Shown here: positions 38,301 to 49,539 of the stretch, in pieces
How positions within the stretch are numbered: the first letter of the stretch is position 1
Layout: every line of letters starts with the position of its first letter
From: an uncultured Eubacteriales bacterium
Lineage (GTDB): Bacteria; Bacillota; Clostridia; Oscillospirales; Oscillospiraceae
Direction: 5' to 3'
DNA length: 64,000 nt
NCBI GenBank assembly: GCA_900544975.1
Contig: UQXI01000007.1
Location: 4,285-68,284 of the forward strand
The notes under the pieces: model-generated
The model's database searches: none
Told to the model about the DNA's origin: nothing
Seen by the model: only the letters and a program-made list of their open reading frames with translations
Program-made: the position numbers and the translations under genes

Positions 38301-40577
38301 TCACTCCTTCTCCAGTTCCACCTTTCCGTCCCGGACCACAGCCCGGAGGGCAGAAATGGGAGTCTCAAAGCTGTCGATGATGGCCTCTGCAATGGGGTCC
38401 TCCAGATCCCGCTGGATGGTCCGGCGGAGGTTTCTGGCTCCATAGGTGATGGAATAGGCCTTCTTGGTGAGATAATCCCCCAGAGTCTCGTCCCAGGTAA
38501 AGGACAGGCCCCGCTCTGCCAACGCATCCCGGAGCTCTGCCAGCATAATCCCGGCGATGGCCCGGAAATTCTCCTCGGACAGGTGGTTGAAGCTGATGAT
38601 CTCATCCACCCGGTTCAAAAACTCCGGCCGGAGGAACTCCCGCAGGGCCTTCATAGCCCCTTCCTTCCGCTGCTCCGACAGGGTCTGGCCAAAGCCCAGG
38701 CCGCTACTTTTCCGGTCGGACCCGGCGTTGGAGGTCATCACCAAAATGGCATTTTCAAAGTTCACCACACGGCCCTGGGCGTCGGTGATCCGGCCGTCGT
38801 CCAGCACCTGCAGGAGCACGTTCAGCACGTCGGGATGGGCCTTTTCGATCTCGTCGAACAGGACCACGCTATAGGGCCGCCGACGGATCTTTTCCGTGAG
38901 CTGGCCCGCTTCATCATAGCCCACATAGCCCGGGGGCGAGCCGATCAGCTTGGAAACCGTGTGCTTCTCCATATACTCCGACATATCCAGACGGATGAGG
39001 GAATCCACCGAGTCGAACATCTCCCCGGCCAGGCACTTTACCAGCTCCGTCTTGCCCACACCGGTGGGACCCACGAAAATGAAGGAAACCGGCCGCTTCT
39101 TGGGGGAAATGCCCACCCGGCTGCGGCGGATGGCACGGCTCACCGCCTCCACCGCTTCGTCCTGGCCTACAATCCGCTCTTTCAGGCGGTCGCCCAGGTT
39201 CCGGAGCTGCTGGTACTCCTGGGCCTGAATCTTACTGGCGGGAATCTTGGTCCAGAGCTCAATGATCCGGGCCAGGTTCTCCATGGTGACCGGCGGGGGC
39301 GGCAGCTGGTCCAGCCGCTCAATCTCCGCGGCCACCCGGCAGAGCCTGCTCCGAAGCTCCGCCAGGCGCTCATAATGCTCCCCTTCCGTGTCCTCGGTGA
39401 GCATGCGAAGCTCCAGCTCATAGTCGTCCCGCTCCTTTTTCAGCTCCGACAGCCGGGAGATTTCCCGGCTGCGGAGGTTCACATCAGAGCAGGCCTCATC
39501 CAACAGGTCAATGGCCTTATCCGGCAGGAAGCGGTCGGTGATATACCGCTCCGACAGGACGACGCACTGCCGGGCAATCTCCGGGGAGATGGACACCCCG
39601 TGGAACTGCTCGTAATAGTGGGCGACGCCCCGCATGATCTCCGCCGCCTCGGCCATGGTAGGCTCCGCCACCGTCACCGGCTGGAAGCGGCGCTCCAGGG
39701 CGGCGTCCTTTTCAATGTACTTCCGGTACTCCGAGAAGGTGGTGGCGCCAATGACCTGGATCTCCCCCCGGGACAGGGCCGGCTTCAGGATGTTGGCGGC
39801 ATTCATGGAGCCCTCCGCATCCCCGGCGCCCACCAGGTTGTGGACTTCGTCAATGACCAGGATGATGTTGCCGCAGACCTTCACCTCGGCAATGAGGCTC
39901 TTCATCCGGCTCTCAAACTGGCCCCGGAACTGGGTCCCGGCCACCAGAGCCGTGAGGTCCAGGAGGTATACCTCTTTGTCCCGAAGCTTAAACGGAACCT
40001 CCCCCTGGGCAATCCGCTGGGCCAGCCCTTCGGCAATGGCAGTCTTGCCCACGCCGGGTTCGCCGATGAGACAGGGGTTATTCTTCTGGCGGCGGTTCAG
40101 GATCTGAATGACCCGCTCCGTCTCCATGTCCCGGCCCACCACCTGGTCCAGCTTCCCCTCCCGGGCCCGGCCGGTAAGGTTCAGGCAGTAGGTGTCCAAA
40201 AATTTGTGTTTTTTGGTTTTAGGCTTGGGAGGCTCTTCTTTTTCCTTCTCCCGATTCGGCTTTTCCGGCAGATCCCGGCGACGGTCGGAGCCGCTGAACA
40301 GCTGGTTCAGGAGGGGGAAGGTGGCAGTTTGGCTGCCCACCTCGTCATCCTCCTCCGGCTGATCCTGGCCGAAGACGGCGGACATCTCGTCGCTGATCAG
40401 ATCCAGATCCTCTTCGGAGATCCCCATCTGCTTCACTGCATCATCAATTTGCGGAATTCCCAGCTTCCGGGCGCACTTCAGGCAGTAGCCCTCATTCCGG
40501 GAAACCCCGTTTTCCAAGCGGGTGATGAACACCACGGCTACATTCTTATTACATTTCACGCAAAGCTTTGGCTGCAT
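38301..40577 (-). CDS. clpE: ATP-dependent Clp protease ATP-binding subunit ClpE-type (N-terminal zinc ribbon, two AAA+ modules)
   Basis: N-terminal zinc ribbon CVKCN...CLKCA. Walker A GEPGVGKT and GPTGVGKT. The ClpP-docking loop region, UVR-like middle domain and sensor motifs are present. Confidence 0.9.
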   Translation of the reverse strand: MQPKLCVKCNKNVAVVFITRLENGVSRNEGYCLKCARKLGIPQIDDAVKQMGISEEDLDLISDEMSAVFGQDQPEEDDEVGSQTATFPLLNQLFSGSDRRRDLPEKPNREKEKEEPPKPKTKKHKFLDTYCLNLTGRAREGKLDQVVGRDMETERVIQILNRRQKNNPCLIGEPGVGKTAIAEGLAQRIAQGEVPFKLRDKEVYLLDLTALVAGTQFRGQFESRMKSLIAEVKVCGNIILVIDEVHNLVGAGDAEGSMNAANILKPALSRGEIQVIGATTFSEYRKYIEKDAALERRFQPVTVAEPTMAEAAEIMRGVAHYYEQFHGVSISPEIARQCVVLSERYITDRFLPDKAIDLLDEACSDVNLRSREISRLSELKKERDDYELELRMLTEDTEGEHYERLAELRSRLCRVAAEIERLDQLPPPPVTMENLARIIELWTKIPASKIQAQEYQQLRNLGDRLKERIVGQDEAVEAVSRAIRRSRVGISPKKRPVSFIFVGPTGVGKTELVKCLAGEMFDSVDSLIRLDMSEYMEKHTVSKLIGSPPGYVGYDEAGQLTEKIRRRPYSVVLFDEIEKAHPDVLNVLLQVLDDGRITDAQGRVVNFENAILVMTSNAGSDRKSSGLGFGQTLSEQRKEGAMKALREFLRPEFLNRVDEIISFNHLSEENFRAIAGIMLAELRDALAERGLSFTWDETLGDYLTKKAYSITYGARNLRRTIQRDLEDPIAEAIIDSFETPISALRAVVRDGKVELEKE

Positions 40578-40752
40578 AATCCAAACTCCAATTCAAACGG
40601 ATGTGTTTAGAAAAAAGTATAGCACAAATCCGGAAAAAGTCCAGTTCCATTTTCCCCCGACCTGGGCAGCGCTCCTGATTTGATGATACGTTCCTGCGCT
40701 GGTGTATCGTCGCCTTATGTGTATGCCCGTTGGTCATATGCGGAAATGGGCA

Positions 40753-41000
40753 TTGCGAATTTGCCGAAAATGGGCGGAAACCGTGTGATGTTTTCGCTGG
40801 GCGGACACACAGGTCCGCCCCTACGGAGGATGATAAGAATGGGCAGAAATTGTTCAACACGTTTTGTCATATAAATGCCAAAAATTTGGTAAAAATAGTG
40901 AGAATCCTACGGCAACGTCGAATATCTGTTGATACACTGCGTCGGGATATCATCGTAGGGGCGGACCTGTGTGTCCGCCCGTGGTAGACACTACAAATTC
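40753..41000. repeat. Copy B of the ~250-bp element with hairpin-forming terminal inverted repeats (GGGCGGACACACAGGTCCGCCCCTACG ... CGTAGGGGCGGACCTGTGTGTCCGCCC)
   Basis: Same architecture and conserved blocks as copy A. It lies in the divergent clpE / yabE-like intergenic region. Confidence 0.7.
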
Positions 41001-41205
41001 GTCAGAGCAGTATGAAACCAAGGCCCATGTCCCTGTGGAACCCCCCCGCAAGGGGGTCCGGCCAAATTCGTCTTATGTTAACCTTTTTGTAACTTTCTCC
41101 CCATATCTGGTGCTTTTCCGACGTTTTCCGTCAAAGATCTTGCCACAGGTTTCCAATAATATTGCTTGAAAAAATTGTCATTTTTCTGCCCTTTGCTAAA
41201 AACTC

Positions 41206-41233
41206 TTGACATTTCCGGCAAAATAGTTATAAT
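41206..41233 (+). promoter_or_regulatory. Sigma-A-type promoter (TTGACA-16-TATAAT) for yabE-like/rsmA operon
   Basis: cttgacatttccggcaaaatagttataat lies ~100 nt upstream of the ATG at 41332. Confidence 0.55.
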
Positions 41234-41331
41234 ATCAGAACAGTTGCAATATGGTTACAAACGTAACACGTTTGACACCAGCAACCTGGCAGCCTGGCAA
41301 ACTGCCGTCCATGTGAAAAGGAGGTTCTCCG

Positions 41332-42495
41332 ATGCACACCATACAGCATCTTTTCCCAACGAAAAAAAGCCTGCTTCTGCGGCTGGGGGCAGTCGCCCTG
41401 ATCCTGCTATTGACTGCAGGTCTCCTCTCCCAGGCCGTATTTGCCCAGACCACTTACGTCATCACCGATGGCGATCGGGTACTTGTTCATACTACATATG
41501 CAACAGACCCTGCGGCCGTCCTCACCGAGGCAGGCCTGGAGCTGGGCGAGGCAGATACTTTCACCGCCCAATCTGACGGAGCCGTCTCTGAAATCACCGT
41601 CAAGCGGATTCAAATGGTCCGGATCAACAACGGCCACCAGGCTCTGGAATTGGCCACCTACGGCTGCACCGTAGCCGATGTTCTGGCGCAGCTGGGCATT
41701 TCCACAGAGGGCGATCTGCGCATTTCCCAGAGCCTGGACAGCGAAACCTACGACGGTATGGTCATTGATGTGGTTTATCTCACCTATGAGACCGTGGAAT
41801 ACGTGCGGTCCACCCCCTATGAGACGGCTTACTGCACCGATTCCACCCTGGAGCCCGGTGAAGAGAAAATCCTGACTCCCGGCCAGGACGGCAGCATCCA
41901 GTGCACCGCCCGAATCACCCGGGAGAACGGAACAGAGGTCTCCCGAACTGTCATCCAGGAGCAGGTCCTGGATGCCCCAGTCAACGCCGTCGTGGCCCGC
42001 GGCATTGACCGCTCCAGCAAAGAGCAGGAGGGCGCAGGCCGGGCCTATTCTCCGGAACGCACCACCGCAGAGGAGCCGGCCGGCCACGAAGCGCCCGCCG
42101 CCACCACAAGAGAGCCGGAACCCACCGCCGCCCCGGAGGAGGTCTCTGACCCCGCCCCCACCGGCAACACCTTCACCACTGCCTCCGGCGAGGTGGTCTC
42201 CTACTCCCGGAAGCTGACTGTGGACGCCACCGCCTACAGCTGCGAGGGCTATACCGGCACCACCGCCACCGGCACCACCGCCCGGTACGGCGCCATTGCT
42301 GTGGACCCCAGCGTCATCCCCTATGGCACCCGGATGTACATCGTCTCTGACGACGGCTCCTACATCTACGGCTATGCCACTGCGGAGGATTGCGGCGGCG
42401 CCATTCAGGGTTACATGATCGACCTGTATTTTGACACCCTGGCAGAGTGCTATGCCTTTGGCCGCCGGTCCTGCACCGTATACATCCTGGATTGA
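41332..42495 (+). CDS. 3D-domain (RlpA/MltA-like) cell-wall protein with DUF348/G5-like region (YabE-like)
   Basis: N-terminal TM/signal segment. The C-terminal 3D domain DATAYSCEGYTGTTATGTTARYGAIAVDPSVIPYGTRMYI is present. It sits upstream of rsmA, as yabE does in Bacillus. RBS AAAGGAGG. Confidence 0.8.
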   Translation: MHTIQHLFPTKKSLLLRLGAVALILLLTAGLLSQAVFAQTTYVITDGDRVLVHTTYATDPAAVLTEAGLELGEADTFTAQSDGAVSEITVKRIQMVRINNGHQALELATYGCTVADVLAQLGISTEGDLRISQSLDSETYDGMVIDVVYLTYETVEYVRSTPYETAYCTDSTLEPGEEKILTPGQDGSIQCTARITRENGTEVSRTVIQEQVLDAPVNAVVARGIDRSSKEQEGAGRAYSPERTTAEEPAGHEAPAATTREPEPTAAPEEVSDPAPTGNTFTTASGEVVSYSRKLTVDATAYSCEGYTGTTATGTTARYGAIAVDPSVIPYGTRMYIVSDDGSYIYGYATAEDCGGAIQGYMIDLYFDTLAECYAFGRRSCTVYILD

Positions 42496-42560
42496 TCCGG
42501 AAGTTCTCATTGCAAATCCGCCTTTTCTCTGGTAAAATACAGGGGAAAGGCGGGTTTTTT

Positions 42561-43418
42561 ATGATCGATTTGTGCAGCGCCCAGGAGGTCAAGGGGCTTC
42601 TGGCCCGGCATGGGTTCCGGTTTTCCAAATCCAAAGGGCAAAACTTTCTCATCGCCCCCTGGGTTCCCCAGCGGATCGCCGAGGAGTCCGGCGTAGACGG
42701 AAGCTGTGGCGTCCTGGAAGTGGGACCCGGAATTGGCCCCCTGACGCAGCAGCTGTGCCTGCGGGCAGGGCGGGTGGCCGCCGTGGAGGTGGACCGGACT
42801 CTGGCCCCCATTCTGGCGGAAACCCTGGGGGAGTTTTCCAACCTTCACATCCTCTGGCAGGACATCTTAAAGGTGGACATCCCGGCCCTGGTTCAGGCGG
42901 AGCTTCCCGGCCTGCGTCCCATGGCCTGCGCCAATCTGCCCTACTATATCACATCCCCGGTCCTCACAGCCCTTCTGGAGGCCCGGTGCTTCTCCTCCGT
43001 CACCGTCATGGTGCAAAAGGAAGTGGCACAACGTATGGCGGCGGCCCCCGGCTCCCGGGACTACAGCGCCTTTACGGTGTTCTGCAACTATTACGCACAG
43101 CCGGAGCTGTTGTTTGACGTCCCTCCCTCCTGCTTCCTGCCTCAGCCCAAGGTGACCTCCAGTGTCATCCGGCTGAACGTCCGGCAGGCGCCGCCCTACC
43201 CTGTGGCAGACGAGGAGCTGTTTTTCCGGGTGGTGCGGGCCAGTTTTGCCCAGCGGCGCAAGCAGCTGCAAAACGGCCTGGCCGCCGGATTTCCCGCACT
43301 GGGCAAGGAAATCATAGGAGACATCCTCCGGAATTGCGGACTCTCCCCCACCGTGCGGGGAGAAACTCTGGACATTCCCACCTTTGCCCGGATTGCCGCC
43401 GCCATTGGCCGCGCGTAA
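42561..43418 (+). CDS. rsmA: 16S rRNA (adenine1518-N6/adenine1519-N6)-dimethyltransferase RsmA/KsgA
   Basis: Motifs KSKGQNFL, the SAM-binding LEVGPGIGPLT and NLPYYITSP. Confidence 0.9.
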   Translation: MIDLCSAQEVKGLLARHGFRFSKSKGQNFLIAPWVPQRIAEESGVDGSCGVLEVGPGIGPLTQQLCLRAGRVAAVEVDRTLAPILAETLGEFSNLHILWQDILKVDIPALVQAELPGLRPMACANLPYYITSPVLTALLEARCFSSVTVMVQKEVAQRMAAAPGSRDYSAFTVFCNYYAQPELLFDVPPSCFLPQPKVTSSVIRLNVRQAPPYPVADEELFFRVVRASFAQRRKQLQNGLAAGFPALGKEIIGDILRNCGLSPTVRGETLDIPTFARIAAAIGRA

Positions 43419-43428
43419 GGAGGCCGGA

Positions 43429-44106
43429 ATGTTTCAATTTCTGTTCTTTGACTTAGACGACACCCTGTTGGATTTCCACCGGGCTGAAGCCATCGCCGTG
43501 TCCAAGGCCTTCCGGGACATGGGGGTGACGCCCACACCAGAGCGGATCCGGCAGTACAGCGCCGTAAACAAACGCCATTGGCAAATGCTGGAGCAGGGAT
43601 TGCTCACCCGGGAGCAAGTACTGGTGCAGCGGTTCGCCTGCCTCTTCCAGGAGCTGGACATCCCGGCAGACCCTGTGGCCTGCCAGGCGGCCTACGAAGA
43701 ATATCTATGCGTGGGGCACTACTTTATAGAAGGGGCAGAAGCGCTGCTTGCTGCCCTGGCCCCCAAATACCGGCTGTACCTGGCCAGCAACGGCACCGCC
43801 CGGGTCCAGGAGAGCCGCCTGAAAAGCGCCGGAATTGGCCCCTATTTTGAACAGGTGTTTATCTCCCAGAACCTAGGCGCCAATAAGCCCAGCCCTGCTT
43901 TTTTCCAGCGGTGCTTTGCCCGGATCCCGGATTTTGACCCCAAAAAGGCCCTGATGATCGGCGACAGCCTCACCTCCGACATCCGAGGAGCCAACGGGGC
44001 GGGCATCGCCGCCTGCTGGTTCAACCCCCGGCGGGAGCCCCCTCTGCCCGGTATTTCCATGGAGTACGAAATTCACAGCCTTCCTCAGCTTCTGGAATTC
44101 CTGTAA
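43429..44106 (+). CDS. HAD-superfamily hydrolase (YjjG/noncanonical nucleotidase-like)
   Basis: Motif I FDLDDTL, motif II LASNGT, motif III/IV K...GDSLTSDIRGANGAG. RBS AGGAGG. Confidence 0.8.
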   Translation: MFQFLFFDLDDTLLDFHRAEAIAVSKAFRDMGVTPTPERIRQYSAVNKRHWQMLEQGLLTREQVLVQRFACLFQELDIPADPVACQAAYEEYLCVGHYFIEGAEALLAALAPKYRLYLASNGTARVQESRLKSAGIGPYFEQVFISQNLGANKPSPAFFQRCFARIPDFDPKKALMIGDSLTSDIRGANGAGIAACWFNPRREPPLPGISMEYEIHSLPQLLEFL

Positions 44107-44367
44107 AAAAGCAGCCTGCGCTTCCCGCCCTCGTCAAAAAAGTGCTTTTCTTTTTCCACCATTTCCGGTATAATATCCCAATCCGACTCAGCCAGCGGCT
44201 TTTCGGGGAAACGGATTCGTCTAAACTATGCTGTGCATTCCACATAGAAACAGCCATGCCCAGGCTGAAACACATGGACCAGACATCCTGTGCGAAGCGA
44301 AGGATCTGCACTTTTCACGCCAAAGATCGCCAAAAGCTTCTACCGCTCACGTGGAAGGGGACCGTCT

Positions 44368-45243
44368 ATGAAAAAACGAAGGATTCAAAACCGTCACGTT
44401 GCCCGGGTGGTGGACATGGTGCTGAGCCTAAACCGCCTGGACGTGCCGGTGTATGCAGCCAATGCGGCCTATTTCATCATCCTGGCTGCGTTTCCCACGG
44501 TGATGCTCTTGCTAAATCTGCTGAGCTACACCTCCCTGGGAGGCGGCGCCCTGTTGGAAATTCTGGAGAAGGTGATTCCCGCCGCGCTCATGCCCTCTGT
44601 CACCCGGCTGCTCACTGGGATGTTCGCCAGCAGCTCTAAAACCCTGGTCTCTGTATCGGCTCTGGCGGCGCTGTGGGCTGCCTCCCGTGGGATCTTCGGC
44701 ATGCTCACCGGCCTCAACCGGATTTACGGCGCGCAGGAGGACCGGGGGTATGTATTCACCCGGCTGCTCAGCCTGGTGTACACCTTCCTCTTTCTGCTGG
44801 TGCTGCTCCTGACACTGGCCATCCATGTGTTTGGCCAGACCATCCTGGCCCAGCTGCCCCAAAGCGACAATCCGGCCATCCTGTTCCTCTTGAAGATCAT
44901 CTCCAGCCGGTTTCTGGTGCTTCTTGTGATGCAGACCGCGCTGTTTGCCGCCATGTTCATGTTTCTTCCCAACCGGCGGAACAAATTTCTCCCCTCCCTG
45001 CCCGGGGCGCTGCTGGCCTCTCTGGGATGGCAGCTGTTTTCCGGTTTTTTCTCCCTGTATGTGGAGCATTTCAGCAATTTCTCCACCATATACGGCAGTC
45101 TGTCTGCCGTCGCCATTGCCATGTTGTGGCTGTATACGTGTATGGCCATTGTATTTTACGGCGGCGCGCTGAACAAATACCTCACCGACATTGGCTATCA
45201 GCTCCGGCTGAGGCGGGCGAAAAAAACAGCAGAGGATTTCTGA
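44368..45243 (+). CDS. YihY/BrkB family inner-membrane protein
   Basis: A 6-TM profile and the typical N-terminus (VYAANAAYFIILAAFP) and SALAALWAASRG motif are present. Confidence 0.75.
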   Translation: MKKRRIQNRHVARVVDMVLSLNRLDVPVYAANAAYFIILAAFPTVMLLLNLLSYTSLGGGALLEILEKVIPAALMPSVTRLLTGMFASSSKTLVSVSALAALWAASRGIFGMLTGLNRIYGAQEDRGYVFTRLLSLVYTFLFLLVLLLTLAIHVFGQTILAQLPQSDNPAILFLLKIISSRFLVLLVMQTALFAAMFMFLPNRRNKFLPSLPGALLASLGWQLFSGFFSLYVEHFSNFSTIYGSLSAVAIAMLWLYTCMAIVFYGGALNKYLTDIGYQLRLRRAKKTAEDF

Positions 45244-45333
45244 AAAAAGATTTCCACTTGGTTGTTAAAAAATTAATTTTCTGTTCACAACTGGCCGGTA
45301 ACATGGTACAATCACCAAAAGGAGGCCTGTGCC

Positions 45334-46176
45334 ATGTTTGGATATGTAATGGCAAACTCCCAGGAGCTGCGCCCAGAGCAGCGGAAACGGTACCTGGGCT
45401 GCTACTGCGGCATCTGCCGGGCCATTGGGGCGCGGGCCTCTCTGGCCAGCCGGGTGGCCCTGAATTACGATATGGTGTTCCTGGCCCTTCTGCTGTCGTC
45501 TCTCTATGAACCGGCAGAAGAGCAGGGCTCCGGCCGCTGTCTGGTTCATCCCCTGGCCTCCCGGCCTTGGCGGCAGAATGAGGCCACCTTGTATGCAGCG
45601 GATATGAACGTGGCGCTGGCCTACTTCAGCGCCGACGATCACTGGCGGGACGACCACCGTCCCGACGCCCTGGCCCTGCGGCGGCTGCTTCGGCCCCATT
45701 ACGAGGCCATTCAGAGCCGGTTTCCCCGACAGTGCCGGGCCATAGAGACCTGCATCCAGGATTTAAGCCGGCTGGAGTCAGAACGCTGCCCCAACCCAGA
45801 CCTGCCCGCCAACTGTTTTGGCCTGCTGATGGCGGAGCTCTTCTGTTGGCGGGACGACCGCTGGTCCGGCTATCTCCGGCAGATGGCCATGGGCCTGGGG
45901 CGGTTCATCTACTTCGTGGATGCGGCGGTAGATTACCGGAAAGATTTGCACCGGGGCAGCTACAATCCCTTCCTGGCCATGGGCGGAGACCCGGACCCCG
46001 AAAAGTGGGAGGATTACCTGGTCCTGGAAATGGGACGGGCCACCCGGGCCTATGAAATGCTGCCCCTAGTCCAGGACAAGGACCTGCTGGACAACATCCT
46101 GTACAGCGGCGTTTGGGTTACATACAGAAGAAAAGAGAAAAAAGCGCGGGGAACCGCGCAGGAGGGTCCAACATGA
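45334..46176 (+). CDS. Hypothetical Cys-motif protein ([13 protein letters not shown]), possibly DUF5685-like; translationally coupled to downstream J-domain protein
   Basis: ORF with the ATGA overlap with the next gene. The family name is a low-confidence recollection. Confidence 0.55.
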   Translation: MFGYVMANSQELRPEQRKRYLGCYCGICRAIGARASLASRVALNYDMVFLALLLSSLYEPAEEQGSGRCLVHPLASRPWRQNEATLYAADMNVALAYFSADDHWRDDHRPDALALRRLLRPHYEAIQSRFPRQCRAIETCIQDLSRLESERCPNPDLPANCFGLLMAELFCWRDDRWSGYLRQMAMGLGRFIYFVDAAVDYRKDLHRGSYNPFLAMGGDPDPEKWEDYLVLEMGRATRAYEMLPLVQDKDLLDNILYSGVWVTYRRKEKKARGTAQEGPT

Positions 46177-46826
46177 TCGATGATCCCTATCAGGTTCTGG
46201 GTCTGGAGCGGGGCGCATCTGACGAAGAGGTCAAAAAAGCCTACCGCCGCCTGGCAAAAAAGTACCACCCCGATGCCAACCCCGGCGACGCAGAAGCTGC
46301 CCGGAAGATGCAGGAAATCAACGCCGCCTATGAGCAAATTAAGAATCCCCCTCAGACCGGTCCATCCGGCTATGGCGGCGGCTCTTACACCGGCGGCGCT
46401 GGCTACGGCCAGGACCCCTTTGAAGATATCTTTGGCCAGTGGCGGCAGCAGCAGCGCCAGCAGGAACCCCAGTTCCACACCACCGAGGCCCAGGCTGCCT
46501 ACCGCTACATTCAATATGGCCGCTTCCAGGAGGCCCTCAACGCCCTGGCCGGGACCCAAACCCGGGACGGCCAGTGGTACTACCTCAGCGCCCTGGCCAA
46601 CGACGGCGCCGGCAACCGGGTCACCGCTCTGGAGCACATCCGCCGCGCCGTCTCCATGGAACCAGACAACACCCTGTATCAGCAGGTCCTCACCACCCTG
46701 GAGCAGGGGGGGAGCACCTATCGCCGCCAGGCCAGCGCCTACCGCGGCTTCGGCGGCCTGGGGGACCTGTGCATGCCCCTGTGCCTGTGCTGGGGCGCCC
46801 AGTGGTGCTTCTGCCCCAGGTGCTGA
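46173..46826 (+). CDS. J-domain (DnaJ-like) protein with Gly/Tyr-rich linker, TPR-like region and C-terminal Cys cluster
   Basis: J-domain [31 protein letters not shown] with the HPD motif. The C-terminus is [27 protein letters not shown]. Confidence 0.8.
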   Translation: MIDDPYQVLGLERGASDEEVKKAYRRLAKKYHPDANPGDAEAARKMQEINAAYEQIKNPPQTGPSGYGGGSYTGGAGYGQDPFEDIFGQWRQQQRQQEPQFHTTEAQAAYRYIQYGRFQEALNALAGTQTRDGQWYYLSALANDGAGNRVTALEHIRRAVSMEPDNTLYQQVLTTLEQGGSTYRRQASAYRGFGGLGDLCMPLCLCWGAQWCFCPRC

Positions 46827-47085
46827 GGGTAAAATTTGTTTTGAACTACCATCCAAAGATTTCTGGCAGGAAATCGGAGACAGCTCTGATTTCCTGCCAG
46901 ATTTTTCCCTATGATGTGCGAATCCAGGCAACGTCACCCCCAGGCAGAGCATCCGGCCGCCGTGGGCAAACTTCATCCCTGCTCGCATGGCTTCCCTGCG
47001 CCAAAAAGTTTTGCGGTTTATAACCGGAAAACTATTGATTTCGACGTCAAGTTGCGATATGATTGAGAAAACGGAGGTGGGCAAC

Positions 47086-48297
47086 ATGATTGACAGGCCA
47101 AAATACGTGGATCAAATCATGCGCTATGTGGACACGCCCTTTGTCAAAATTCTCACCGGCGTTCGCCGGTGTGGCAAGTCTACCATTCTAAATCTGGTCA
47201 TGGAGCGTCTGCGGGACAGGGGAGACATTTCTGCTGAGCAAATCGTCAGCTATCGCTTCGACTCCATGGAATATGAAGATCTGACAGCGAAGCAGATGTA
47301 TGCAGAATTGAAAGGGCGGCTCTCCAAAAGGGGGAAGACCTATTTTTTCCTGGATGAGGTTCAGGAAATCATAGGTTGGGAAAAGGTGGTCAATTCGCTG
47401 GCATCAGACTACGATGTCGATCTGTACGTAACCGGGTCCAACTCTCGCATGATGTCCTCCGAGATTGCCACCTACCTGACTGGACGCTATGTTGCATTCC
47501 GTATTTTTACACTCTCCTTCGCAGAGTATCTAACCTTCAAGGAGCAGTACGCCCCTCTGGAAGACCACCGCATAGAGCTGGCAAATTATATTCGTCTGGG
47601 TGGTTTTCCTGCAACGCATCTGCGCGCATATGGCGAAAGCGAGGTCTATACAATCATCCGCGATATCTATAACTCTACAATCTTTTCCGATATTGTAAAG
47701 CGGAATCAAATTCGGAAAATTGACCAGCTGGAGCGAGTCGTCAAATATGCTTTTCAGAATGTGGGTAACACCTTTTCCGCGAAGTCTATTTCCGACTATT
47801 TGAAAGCGGAACACCGGTCTCTGGACCATGAAACCGTGTACAGCTACCTGGAAAAGCTGGAAGCAGCCTATTTATTGCACCGCTGCCCCCGGTATGATCT
47901 GAAAGGGAAAGAAATCCTGAAAACTCAGGAAAAGTTCTACCTCGCAGACACCGCATTGCGATACAGCGTATTGGGCTACCATCCCGATACCGTAGCTGCA
48001 GCTTTGGAGAATGTGGTGTTTCTGGAACTTTGCCGCCGTGGATATACGGTTTACATTGGCAAACACGGAGATGGCGAGATCGACTTTGTGGCGACCCGAC
48101 AGAACCATAAGCTCTATGTTCAGGTCACCCAGCGCATCGAAAGCGAAAAAACAGAGCGGCGGGAGTACGAACGTCTGCTGGATATTCGGGACAATTACCC
48201 CAAATATGTCCTCCGAACCGACGAATTCGCCGGGGGCAATTACGAAGGCATCCAGACCATGCATGTTGCCGACTTCCTGTTGAGCACGGAATATTAA
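47086..48297 (+). CDS. AAA+ ATPase of the AAA_14/DUF4143 family
   Basis: Walker A GVRRCGKST, Walker B FFLDEVQ, and the C-terminal DUF4143-like region (ELCRRGYTVYIGKHGDGEIDFV). RBS GGAGGTGG. Confidence 0.75.
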   Translation: MIDRPKYVDQIMRYVDTPFVKILTGVRRCGKSTILNLVMERLRDRGDISAEQIVSYRFDSMEYEDLTAKQMYAELKGRLSKRGKTYFFLDEVQEIIGWEKVVNSLASDYDVDLYVTGSNSRMMSSEIATYLTGRYVAFRIFTLSFAEYLTFKEQYAPLEDHRIELANYIRLGGFPATHLRAYGESEVYTIIRDIYNSTIFSDIVKRNQIRKIDQLERVVKYAFQNVGNTFSAKSISDYLKAEHRSLDHETVYSYLEKLEAAYLLHRCPRYDLKGKEILKTQEKFYLADTALRYSVLGYHPDTVAAALENVVFLELCRRGYTVYIGKHGDGEIDFVATRQNHKLYVQVTQRIESEKTERREYERLLDIRDNYPKYVLRTDEFAGGNYEGIQTMHVADFLLSTEY

Positions 48298-48337
48298 GAA
48301 TGTCACCTGCCGGGGCCTTCGTAGGCATGTCCCGCCT

Positions 48338-48817
48338 TTACAGCCGCTCCAGCAGACACACTGCGTGGCAAGCCATGCCCTCTTCTGCGCCGGTGAAGCC
48401 CAGGTGTTCCTCGGTGGTGGCTTTCACATTGATCTGCTCCTCTTCCACACCCAGAACCTGGGCGATGTTTTCCTCCATCTGGGAGATGTAGTCCCGCAGC
48501 TTTGGTTTTTGGGCGATCATGGTCACGTCCACATTTTCCACCTCGTAACCGGCCCAATACAGCTTCTCCCGCACCAGCGCCAGGAGTTTCAGGGAGGAAA
48601 TCCCCTCATACCGGGGATCCGTATCGGGAAAATGCTGGCCGATGTCCCCCAGTCCGGCGGCGCCCAGGAGGGCGTCCATCACCGCATGAAGGAGCACATC
48701 TGCATCGGAATGGCCTTCCAGGCCCAGCTCAAAGGGAATCTCCACCCCACCCAGAATCAGCTTCCGGCCCGCTGTCAGCCGGTGTACATCGTATCCATGT
48801 CCAATTCTCATTCCCAA
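48338..48817 (-). CDS. ispF: 2-C-methyl-D-erythritol 2,4-cyclodiphosphate synthase
   Basis: Start [12 protein letters not shown]. Motifs HSDADV and GDIG are present. Confidence 0.9.
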   Translation of the reverse strand: MGMRIGHGYDVHRLTAGRKLILGGVEIPFELGLEGHSDADVLLHAVMDALLGAAGLGDIGQHFPDTDPRYEGISSLKLLALVREKLYWAGYEVENVDVTMIAQKPKLRDYISQMEENIAQVLGVEEEQINVKATTEEHLGFTGAEEGMACHAVCLLERL

Positions 48818-49539
48818 TCCTCCTGCACCATGGCCCGGGCCAGGAGGAGATCCTGCCGGGTGGTCACCTTCAAATTCCGTTCTTCCCCCTCTACCAGCCG
48901 GATGCGCATACCCAGCCGCTCCACTGCGGAGCAGTCGTCCGTCACTGCGGCGCCGTCTTTCTCCGCCTGGGACAGCGCCCCCCGCAGAAGGTCAAAATCA
49001 AACACCTGGGGCGTCTGGACCGCAAAGAGGCTGGACCGGTCCGGCGTCCGGACCACCACGCCGCCTTTTGCAACCTTGACGGTGTCTTTGACCCCAATGG
49101 CCGGCGCTGCCGCGCCGTAGGTATGGGCTGCCCGCACCACCCGGTCGATGAGCTGGGGCGTCGCAAAGGGCCTGGCCCCATCCTGCACCGCCACCAGGGA
49201 CACCCCTTCCAGGGCCGCCAGGCCCAGCTGCACCGAGGCCTGCCGGGTATCTCCCCCGGCAATCACCGCCCGGACCTTGCCAAATCCCGCCGCCTGGCAG
49301 GCCGCGGAGACCGCCTCAATCAAATCCGGGCGGGTGACGATGACCACTTCCCGGATCACTGCCGTGGCCTCAAAGGCCCGAACCGTCCGGACCAGGAGGG
49401 GCTCTCCCCCCAGATCCGCCATGATTTTATCCACCCCGGCCATCCGCCGGGCCGCGCCCGCCGCCACAATCACCGCGCCGCAGGATTGGCAGGGAATGGC
49501 CCGCCGGATCAGCCGGGTCCATTTTTTCACATGCATCAC
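48808..49539 (-). CDS. ispD: 2-C-methyl-D-erythritol 4-phosphate cytidylyltransferase
   Basis: Motifs [15 protein letters not shown] and VAVQDGARP are present. It overlaps ispF and murD by a few nt. Confidence 0.85.
   Translation of the reverse strand: MMHVKKWTRLIRRAIPCQSCGAVIVAAGAARRMAGVDKIMADLGGEPLLVRTVRAFEATAVIREVVIVTRPDLIEAVSAACQAAGFGKVRAVIAGGDTRQASVQLGLAALEGVSLVAVQDGARPFATPQLIDRVVRAAHTYGAAAPAIGVKDTVKVAKGGVVVRTPDRSSLFAVQTPQVFDFDLLRGALSQAEKDGAAVTDDCSAVERLGMRIRLVEGEERNLKVTTRQDLLLARAMVQEDWE

Noticed and set aside
38289-40610. 773-aa plus-strand ORF opposite clpE
   Set aside because: Antisense to the Clp ATPase. No motifs, low complexity.
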